Assembly (NCBI GenBank): GCA_033763315.1
Contig: JANRKS010000001.1
Location: forward strand, 64,001 to 128,000
Length of the DNA: 64,000 nt
Reading direction: 5' to 3'
From: Deltaproteobacteria bacterium
Lineage (GTDB): Bacteria; Myxococcota_A; Polyangia; Fen-1088
The position numbers were made by a program, and so were the translations under genes. The notes under the pieces are model-generated. The model had not been told where the DNA came from. It did no database searches and was given only the letters and a program-made list of their open reading frames with translations. Of the stretch, positions 57,486 to 64,000 are shown in pieces. How positions within the stretch are numbered: position 1 is the first letter of the stretch; every line of letters starts with the position of its first letter.

Positions 57486-58964
57486 GGCTTTGAAAGCTTC
57501 GGTGGAAAGAGATTTTCCGGTGGCGGCCTTGAGAATGTCGTCGCCGCTATAAAGCGACGCTTTCGACCACACGTACGTGCGCAACCAGCCGTTGAGCGGT
57601 TCGAAGTTGCCGCGCGCGATCTCGTCTTGTAGTCCTGGCAGCTGCTCTGTGGCAGCGGCAAACAATTGCGCCGCTGTGAGAGCACCCAAAGTGTAGGACG
57701 GAAAATAACCAAACAGCCCCGCGGGCCAATGCACGTCCTGCATGCAGCCATCTTTGAAATTGCCCACGGTGGAAAGGCCCAACAGCGCTTGCATGCGCTG
57801 ATCCCAAAGTTCAGGGATGTCTGCCACTGTGATCTTGTGCTCGAACAACGCGCGCTCGATCTCGTAGCGCAAGATAACATGGCAAGGATACGTAACTTCA
57901 TCGGCATCCACGCGAATGAAGCCACGCCGCACACGCGTTGATAAGCGTGTGATGTTTGAAGCGGTGAACGCCTCGGGGGCGCGGGCCGCCGCCTCGGGCA
58001 TGCATTCGCGCATAATGGGGGTGGCGAAACTCAAGAACGCGGCGCCACGCGACACTTGCATCTCTTGCAGCAGGCTTTGGCTTTCGTGCATGGCCATGCC
58101 ACGCGCGCTGCCGGCGGGCAACGCGGCCCATTCCCGCGGCAAGCCCTGCTCATACTTTGCATGCCCGGCTTCGTGCAGAACGCCCATCAAAGCTGAAGTG
58201 AAATCACTTTCGTTGTAGCGCGTGGTGATGCGAACGTCGGATGGCACGCCACCGCAGAAGGGATGGTGGCTGGTGTCCAAGCGACCGTGCGCCATATCGA
58301 AACCCACGGCTTCCATCAAGCGCAGACCAAGCGCGCGTTGCTGTGCCACGGGGAATGGCCCTTGCGGCTGCACGAAAGACTCCTGGCTTTGCTTGGCCAA
58401 CACGGCTTCGGTGAACATGGGCAAAAACGCGCCCAGATCGGCAAACAAGCGGTCGATCTCAGCACACCGCATGCCCGGCTCGAAACCATCGATCAGGGCG
58501 TCGTAGGGCGAAAGATTGAGCGCCGATCCCAAGGCGGCCGCCACCTCTTTCTTCAAAGCCACCACGGCTTGCAGCTTGGGGCGAAACGATTCCCAATCAT
58601 TCTTTGCGCGCAGCCCACGCCACGCTTGTTCGCTGGCGGATTCAGCCTTCTTCGACGCTTCCACCAGATCCTGAGGAAGAGCCACGATGCGCTGCCACGT
58701 GCGATGCATCTCTTGCAAGTTGGCTTTTTGAAAATCATGAAGCGATCCGGCCTTCGCTTCTTCCTGCGCGGCCGCGAACCAATCTGCCAGCTGCGGTTGC
58801 GTGTATTGCTGGTGGCGCAAACCATAAAGGCTGGCCACCGCCTCGGCCCGGTGTGGCCCGGCCGCCGCAGGCATCATCACGGCCTCATCCCATTCAAGCA
58901 TCGCCACGGCGTGGTCGAGGTGACCGATGCGTCGAAACGTGGCTTCAAGCTTTGCGTAAGACAT
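57456..58964 (-). CDS. Carboxypeptidase M32 (Taq family)
   Basis: HPF, DVRITTR, HEAGH, HESQS, IRVDADE, QDVHW, GYFPSY. Confidence 0.95.
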   Translation of the reverse strand: MSYAKLEATFRRIGHLDHAVAMLEWDEAVMMPAAAGPHRAEAVASLYGLRHQQYTQPQLADWFAAAQEEAKAGSLHDFQKANLQEMHRTWQRIVALPQDLVEASKKAESASEQAWRGLRAKNDWESFRPKLQAVVALKKEVAAALGSALNLSPYDALIDGFEPGMRCAEIDRLFADLGAFLPMFTEAVLAKQSQESFVQPQGPFPVAQQRALGLRLMEAVGFDMAHGRLDTSHHPFCGGVPSDVRITTRYNESDFTSALMGVLHEAGHAKYEQGLPREWAALPAGSARGMAMHESQSLLQEMQVSRGAAFLSFATPIMRECMPEAAARAPEAFTASNITRLSTRVRRGFIRVDADEVTYPCHVILRYEIERALFEHKITVADIPELWDQRMQALLGLSTVGNFKDGCMQDVHWPAGLFGYFPSYTLGALTAAQLFAAATEQLPGLQDEIARGNFEPLNGWLRTYVWSKASLYSGDDILKAATGKSLSTEAFKAHVQRRYLEG

Positions 58965-59081
58965 CGGCGTATTCTACGCGCCGTGGCGGCGGAGGAAAGG
59001 GGGGGCGGCTCGGGCAATGAAAGCGCAAGGAGGCGGACATCTTTGGTCGCGTCGAGGGGAAGGCGGGTCTACAATGGGGTT

Positions 59082-59297
59082 ATGAGCTCGTCTGCAGCCA
59101 GGGCGGCGGCCCGCCGCAACACGTGGACCCATGGCGTCTCCAGTTCGTTTGCTGAAGCAGAGGCGCACGATATTGAGTTCTGGCGAAAGGCAACGCCACA
59201 GCAACGACTTGACGGGTTGTTCGAACTGGTGGAGATGATGCACGATGAAGTTGAGCGAAGACTTCCGGGATCTCCTCACGGAACTAGGCAAGGCTGA
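59082..59297 (+). CDS. Small hypothetical protein of the type found upstream of nucleotidyltransferases
   Basis: 71 aa with D.EFW...TPQQRL motif. TACAAT lies 6 nt before the ATG. Overlaps the NTase fragment. Confidence 0.6.
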   Translation: MSSSAARAAARRNTWTHGVSSSFAEAEAHDIEFWRKATPQQRLDGLFELVEMMHDEVERRLPGSPHGTRQG

Positions 59298-59433
59298 CGT
59301 CGATTACCTCTTGATCGGTGGTGGGGCTTTGCGGTCGGACCCGGGCTACGACCGTGGCGGCGAGGAAGGGGGGCTCGGGAGCCTCTTGCCGAGGCTTTCT
59401 TTGTGGCAAGCGAGTTACCTGATGCGAGGCTAG
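59245..59433 (+). pseudogene. Truncated nucleotidyltransferase (DUF6036-like) fragment
   Basis: EDFRDLL..L....VDYLLIGG matches the family N-terminus. The expected A...G.PR.T.D.D catalytic segment is missing and the ORF stops at 62 aa. Confidence 0.6.
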
Positions 59434-59443
59434 CTGAACGTCA

Positions 59444-60061
59444 CTACCAGAACGTCAGCGCCACACCTGCACGCAAGCGCAAACCACGTAGATCGTCGAG
59501 CAGCGACGAGGTTGTGAGAACGTAGCCGGCATCGGCTGTGAGATGCAGGTTCTCTCGTGTCCACAAAAACAAGCCCAAGGCGGGCGTAACGATGAATTTA
59601 TTGCCGAGGCCCGACTGCGACAGGCCGCCCACTTCGAACGTGAACGTTGGAATGAGGAAATCTCTTTGTGGATTTCGTTCAAAGCTGAGTGTGGCGCCAA
59701 TTCCGTAGAGGAACATCGACGACGCTGCCGCCTTGTTGCTGTCGAGCAGATCCAGCGCCAAGTAAGCGCGCCCGTGACTTGGACCACGCGCTTCGCTTTG
59801 CCGTGCCCACGTCACAAGCACGACGTCAATCGAAGCGCCGTAAAGTGTTCCAAGTCGCTCGGTTGATCGAGGAAAGTAGGAAGAGAACCTGAGGCCTGGC
59901 AAAAAGCCTGTGGTGTAACGCTGCGTGTACCGAGGCGGGCTGGGTAGGGGTGGCGGGGGCGTCGCATAACCTGGCTCCTGTGCCTGCAGAGCGTGTGCGT
60001 TTGCCAGAAGAAATGTGAACCAAGTGGCTGCGATGAGAGGGAGTTTGCTAAGGCGCCGCAT
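59444..60061 (-). CDS. Exported hypothetical protein, probable beta-barrel
   Basis: Signal peptide, Pro-rich linker, amphipathic strands and an aromatic C-terminus (ALTFW). Confidence 0.65.
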   Translation of the reverse strand: MRRLSKLPLIAATWFTFLLANAHALQAQEPGYATPPPPLPSPPRYTQRYTTGFLPGLRFSSYFPRSTERLGTLYGASIDVVLVTWARQSEARGPSHGRAYLALDLLDSNKAAASSMFLYGIGATLSFERNPQRDFLIPTFTFEVGGLSQSGLGNKFIVTPALGLFLWTRENLHLTADAGYVLTTSSLLDDLRGLRLRAGVALTFW

Positions 60062-60146
60062 ACCCAAGAACCTTACCACTTCCACATCCACCGGTACCGG
60101 CACCTTTTTGTGGGTGTAAGTGACCACTCGGAGTTACAGTTGCTCT

Positions 60147-60548
60147 ATGAAAGAGGCACTCGATGCCGATTTAGCGTTGCGTTTGAGCTCCGAGGCCAAG
60201 GGCGCGGGTGTGGATGTGCTTGTTTTGTTTGGGTCCCGAGCGAGGGGGCAAGCGCGGCCAGACTCCGACTGGGATTTTGGATTTCTCACGCAGCAGGACA
60301 TCGACCTTGCCGGATTGACAAACGCGCTGGCCCGTCTGACGGGAGCCGAACAAGTTGATCTCGTGGACCTCAATCGCGCCAATGGTTTGCTTCGCTATTT
60401 GGTTGCTGCAGAGGGCGTGCTGGTTTACGAGCGCCGCACCGGGGCGTTCATGGATTTTCGTGAAGCTGCCGTTCAGTTTTGGTGCGATGCTGGCCCTGTG
60501 CTTGCGCGGGCCTATGAAGACGTGCTGGCGGATCTGAGGGCATCGTGA
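60147..60548 (+). CDS. mntA: MNT nucleotidyltransferase antitoxin (type VII TA)
   Basis: LFGSRARG...PDSDWD (GSx10DxD), VDLVDL. Confidence 0.88.
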   Translation: MKEALDADLALRLSSEAKGAGVDVLVLFGSRARGQARPDSDWDFGFLTQQDIDLAGLTNALARLTGAEQVDLVDLNRANGLLRYLVAAEGVLVYERRTGAFMDFREAAVQFWCDAGPVLARAYEDVLADLRAS

Positions 60549-60958
60549 ACCCGGGACGCGCATTGCTTGCCGAGAAGGCCGCTATCATTGAGCGGCATCT
60601 CGCGAGGGTCGCCTCGAAGCTACCCCCAGATCCAAATGAGCTTTCGCCGCAGTCTGATGCGTCCGACGCAATCATCTTGCACTTGTGGCAGGCGGTTCAG
60701 TTGGTGATTGATTTGGCGGTATCAACTTGCGTTCGCGAAGGGTTGGGAACGCCAGTGAATTACGGAGATGCTTTCAAGAAGCTTGCGGGTACCGGAATTC
60801 TTCCGAGTGACTTGGCCGAGCGACTGTCTCGCGCGGCCGGGTTTCGGAATGTTGTTGCTCACGCTTATGACACCATAGACATGCGCCGGGTGCATCAAGC
60901 GGCTGCGTCTGGCCCCGCCGACCTTCGTGCGTTCTTGGCTGCGTTGGCGGCGCGGTAG
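60545..60958 (+). CDS. hepT: HEPN ribonuclease toxin (DUF86)
   Basis: RNVVAHAY (Rx4HxY) and P..Y.DAF..L. GTGA overlap with the MNT gene. Confidence 0.88.
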   Translation: MNPGRALLAEKAAIIERHLARVASKLPPDPNELSPQSDASDAIILHLWQAVQLVIDLAVSTCVREGLGTPVNYGDAFKKLAGTGILPSDLAERLSRAAGFRNVVAHAYDTIDMRRVHQAAASGPADLRAFLAALAAR

Positions 60959-60982
60959 AAACTACGCCATAGGGACGTGCCT

Positions 60983-61429
60983 TCACGCCTTTGCGAGAGG
61001 GTTCCACACCCTGTCGAACCCCATCCCCTCGAAGTCTTTGACGTTCACGGTGGCGAACTGGGTCACACCCTGTGCGATCATGGTGAGCGCAGAGCGGGCA
61101 TCGTAAAGTTTTCGGAAGGCGAAAGTGGGGGCGCGAGCTTTGTTCCAAAGGGCATCGTGCAACGGACGGCTTTCAGTGGGAAAGCCAATCAGCCGCCATC
61201 GCGGGTGTTTTCGATACACCGCAATGACGTCGACCGCTTCACGCGCCGTCAACGGATGGTTAAGTACTGCCGGGTTACGAATCAACCCATAAAGCTCAGC
61301 CAAAATGAACTCGGAGATGGCCACGTTTTCCTCGATTTGAATCGACTTCAACCAGTTGTACGCGGCCTTGTGGCGGGGTGAATCTTGGTTGAAGGCGTAC
61401 AGGAGGATGTTGGTGTCAATCGAAAGCAT
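60983..61429 (-). CDS. vapC: VapC-family PIN ribonuclease toxin
   Basis: IDTNILLYA, E, YDAR, T.N.KDF, NPL. Confidence 0.9.
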   Translation of the reverse strand: MLSIDTNILLYAFNQDSPRHKAAYNWLKSIQIEENVAISEFILAELYGLIRNPAVLNHPLTAREAVDVIAVYRKHPRWRLIGFPTESRPLHDALWNKARAPTFAFRKLYDARSALTMIAQGVTQFATVNVKDFEGMGFDRVWNPLAKA

Positions 61430-61432
61430 CGG

Positions 61433-61702
61433 TCACTTTCGACGTTTTCGAGCCAAGGTGATTCCCGATGTGGTCAACTGGGCCTCGTCCTTGATTTGTG
61501 CGTCCGTGAGACCTTTCCACCCGAGGCGACGCGGTTGGGGTGGCTGCCACGTGAGGTCGTTTGTAGGTTCAGGACTGTAAACGCTGAGAATGTATTCGAT
61601 CCCCCGCCGCGCAAGTTCGGCAAGCGAAATCTCTCGGGCTTCGCAGAGCCTTTTCGCGCGTGCAAAGGTTTCATCAGGGAGCTGAATCTGCGTTCGCGTC
61701 AT
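61433..61702 (-). CDS. Ribbon-helix-helix antitoxin
   Basis: MTRTQIQL...SLAELARRGIE, 3 nt upstream of vapC. Confidence 0.85.
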   Translation of the reverse strand: MTRTQIQLPDETFARAKRLCEAREISLAELARRGIEYILSVYSPEPTNDLTWQPPQPRRLGWKGLTDAQIKDEAQLTTSGITLARKRRK

Positions 61703-61798
61703 GCCTACATTTTAACCGCATTTTTGCATGCCGTCAAAATGATGACACCGATGACTCTTTCTGCAGACTTTGGGGCTGCAACCTACGCAGTTGGCGCG

Positions 61799-63508
61799 CT
61801 AATTCGGTGGCAGCCTCACCAAGCGCCCGTCTTCAAGCCGCAATAACCGATCCACGTTGGCCAGCGTGTGAAGGCGATGCGCGACGATGAAGGCCGTGCG
61901 GCCTCGACATAAACCAGCGATCTCCGGCGCGAGTTCAGCCTCCGTTTCGTTGTCGAGCGCGCTTGTAGGTTCGTCTAACACCACAAACACTGGATCACGC
62001 AAAAACAGCCGGGCGAGCGCCACACGCTGACGTTCACCACCACTGAGCATAGCGCCGCGTTCGCCCACGGGTGTGTCGAGCCCCTGCGGCCGCGCATCCA
62101 AGAGCGTCGACAATCCCGCGCGGCGAGCGGCGGTTTCGATCTGCAACGTGGTTGCGTCGGGACGGCCCACGCGGATGTTGTCGCCGAGGCTTGCGTTCCA
62201 CAGGAAAGGCTCTTGGCCAAGCAGCGCCGTGCATTGGCGAATCGTTTTGCGGCCAAGCTCAGCCACATCAACGCCGTCGTAAAGAATGCGCCCACTTGTT
62301 GGCCGGTGAAACGCAACCAACAGATCAAGCAGCGTGCTTTTGCCGGCGCCACTTGGCCCCACGATGCCCACCGTTTCGCCGGGCTCGATCGTAAATGAGA
62401 TGTCGCGCAGCAACGTTCGTGGCTTGCCATCAACGGTGATCTCGAAGCTCACGTTCTCAAACACAACTTTGCCTTGCGGCCGCTTATCGGTTTTGGCGTC
62501 AACGAAGTCTTCCACTTCTTGTGCGTCCAACAAAGTTAAGAGCGCCTCGAAGCTTGGCCGTGCGGCCAACCATTGTTCAAAGCCATTCGTAAATGCCTGC
62601 ATGCCCGATTGCACGAAGCCGGTCAGCGCCATGAAGCCCACGAGTTCGCCTAAAGTCGATTGCCCCACCACGAACAACCAACCGCCCACACACCAAAGCA
62701 CAGGAGGCGCCAACTGCTGCACCATTTGCAAGCGCAGCGCCATACGCGTTGAAGCGATGCTTGCGCCCAACCCTGCATCGCGCATCGAATGAATACGCGT
62801 GGTGAGTGAAGCCGCGGCCGCCGCATCGTAACCCAAACTGCGCGCGGGCTTGATCGACATCAAGAACTCCGACATCGCTGCCGCGAAATCTTCGCCTTGC
62901 TCTTGCAAGTCCGCGTGCGCCTTGTTCACACGCGCGCGCAAGGCCGAAAGGGTGACAAACTGAAGCGCGAGCACGGCGATCGCGGTGGCGGCCAAAAATG
63001 GATTGAGCCACAAAAGATAGAGCGTGGTGGCAAGACCCAACACAACATTGGAAAACATATTGCCGGCAATAAACGACAAGAAGCTTTCCACTCGGTTGCT
63101 ATCAACGGTTAGTTGGTTTGATAAAGCACCCGGCCCCTTGCGCGCGAAGAATGTCAAAGACAACCGCTGCAGCTGTTCAACCACCTGGCAGCGCAGGCGT
63201 GCTGTTGTGGATCGCGACAGGCGCTGGCTGGCGGCGAAGGCATGCAAAGTGAACGACGCATGCACAAACCACAGGGCTGCGTTGCCCGCGACGTAGACGG
63301 CCATCCACTTAAGCACTTGCGTGTGGCCAAGCGTGGTGGCGCGACCAAGCACACGGTCAACGAACCACGTGACTCCCGCGGCGAAGGGCATGTATGTGAG
63401 CGCTTGGCCCAACTGCAACGCGGCGGCTGCGATCAAGGCGCGCCGATTTACGCACAGCAGGGCGAACAGGCGTTGCAGGGGGGTGGGCGATTTTTTAATG
63501 ACGGTCAC
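61799..63508 (-). CDS. ABC exporter, fused permease/ATPase (MsbA-like)
   Basis: N-terminal TM domain, GPSGAGKST, LSGGERQR, VLDEPTSALD, AHRL. Confidence 0.92.
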   Translation of the reverse strand: MTVIKKSPTPLQRLFALLCVNRRALIAAAALQLGQALTYMPFAAGVTWFVDRVLGRATTLGHTQVLKWMAVYVAGNAALWFVHASFTLHAFAASQRLSRSTTARLRCQVVEQLQRLSLTFFARKGPGALSNQLTVDSNRVESFLSFIAGNMFSNVVLGLATTLYLLWLNPFLAATAIAVLALQFVTLSALRARVNKAHADLQEQGEDFAAAMSEFLMSIKPARSLGYDAAAAASLTTRIHSMRDAGLGASIASTRMALRLQMVQQLAPPVLWCVGGWLFVVGQSTLGELVGFMALTGFVQSGMQAFTNGFEQWLAARPSFEALLTLLDAQEVEDFVDAKTDKRPQGKVVFENVSFEITVDGKPRTLLRDISFTIEPGETVGIVGPSGAGKSTLLDLLVAFHRPTSGRILYDGVDVAELGRKTIRQCTALLGQEPFLWNASLGDNIRVGRPDATTLQIETAARRAGLSTLLDARPQGLDTPVGERGAMLSGGERQRVALARLFLRDPVFVVLDEPTSALDNETEAELAPEIAGLCRGRTAFIVAHRLHTLANVDRLLRLEDGRLVRLPPN

Positions 63509-63514
63509 GTTGCC

Positions 63515-63535
63515 TTAGTCTTTCAAATAGACTAA
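63515..63535. promoter_or_regulatory. Operator-like inverted repeat upstream of the Phd antitoxin gene
   Basis: TTAGTCT-N7-AGACTAA, 10 nt before ATG 63545. Type II TA operons commonly autorepress through such palindromes. Confidence 0.6.
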
Positions 63536-63544
63536 CCTTTTAGG

Positions 63545-63766
63545 ATGGTCACGAAGGCGAATATCCACGAGGCGAAAACGCATTTTTCGAAATTGTTGGA
63601 GAAAGCTCACAACGGCGAGGAAGTGATCGTCGCCAAAGACGGAAAGCCCTACGTACGGCTCGTTCCCATAAGTGGCACGGCAGATCGAACACCAGGCGCA
63701 CTGAAAGGGCTGATACACGGTGACGTTTTGGGTGGAGTGGGCGCCGACAACGAGGATTGGGGTTAA
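63545..63766 (+). CDS. Phd/YefM family antitoxin
   Basis: NIHEAKTHFSKLL...GEEVIVAK.GKP.VRLVP. Confidence 0.92.
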   Translation: MVTKANIHEAKTHFSKLLEKAHNGEEVIVAKDGKPYVRLVPISGTADRTPGALKGLIHGDVLGGVGADNEDWG

Positions 63767-64000
63767 TGCCTGCGGAACACCTTCTGGATACATGCGCCCT
63801 ATTGTGGTGGATGGCGGATGCGCCCGAGCTCGGCAAAGGAGCGCGGCGACTTATAGGGAATCCGAAGAATCGCATTTTGATTTCAGTGGCTAGCCTTTGG
63901 GAGATAGCTATCAAGTCCCGCAAAGGCACCCTGAGCGGCGTGGAAAGTTATCTTGGTCGATACGATGAGCTACACGATAAATGGGGCTTCCATCTATTGG
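63766..64000 (+). CDS. vapC: VapC-family PIN toxin, 3'-partial (absent from the ORF track)
   Basis: TAATG overlap with the Phd gene. Translates as MPAEHLLDTCALLWWMAD...ISVASLWEIAIK and runs off the window. Confidence 0.88.
   Translation, partial: MPAEHLLDTCALLWWMADAPELGKGARRLIGNPKNRILISVASLWEIAIKSRKGTLSGVESYLGRYDELHDKWGFHLL

Noticed and set aside
58263-59081. 5' part of the 344-aa plus-strand ORF
   Set aside because: It is mostly antisense to the M32 carboxypeptidase. Only the last 71 codons (from 59082) look like a real gene.
1-64000. rRNA, tRNA, CRISPR array, transposase or integrase
   Set aside because: None was recognised by eye. tRNAscan-SE, Infernal and ISEScan would be needed to exclude them formally.

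Overview
High-GC bacterial chromosomal window, most likely from a Myxococcota (myxobacteria-like) genome. This is inferred from an Oar-like TonB-dependent receptor, an AgmX/GltJ-type zinc-ribbon-GYF protein, an AgmX/PglI C-terminal lipoprotein, a MYXO-CTERM-like tail, pilH/pilI-like ABC genes and a deltaproteobacterial-type pilin. It holds about 54 CDSs: housekeeping genes (malQ, tadA, rnhB, pfp, gshB, asnB, M32 carboxypeptidase), envelope and glycan genes, two GH78 rhamnosidases, and a toxin-antitoxin cluster at the right end. No rRNA, tRNA, CRISPR array, transposase or integrase was recognised. The strongest candidate for an undescribed system is a major pilin with a sigma54-type promoter plus a second pilin, sandwiched between two YfhO-family GT-C glycosyltransferases. 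A polyprenol-phosphate-type GT2, a DUF2723/TMEM260-like GT-C and an epimerase-pilHI operon lie elsewhere in the window, suggesting a putative pilin or surface-protein glycosylation pathway. Other notable items are: a catalytically dead M48 peptidase coupled to a dynamin-like GTPase; a cytochrome b-like protein keeping only one pair of heme ligands; a 41-bp duplication around an inserted gene that preserves the 3' ends of two convergent genes; a helically phased TGACT array followed by a leader terminator; and many apparently leaderless genes. All calls come from reading motifs by eye. No searches were run.
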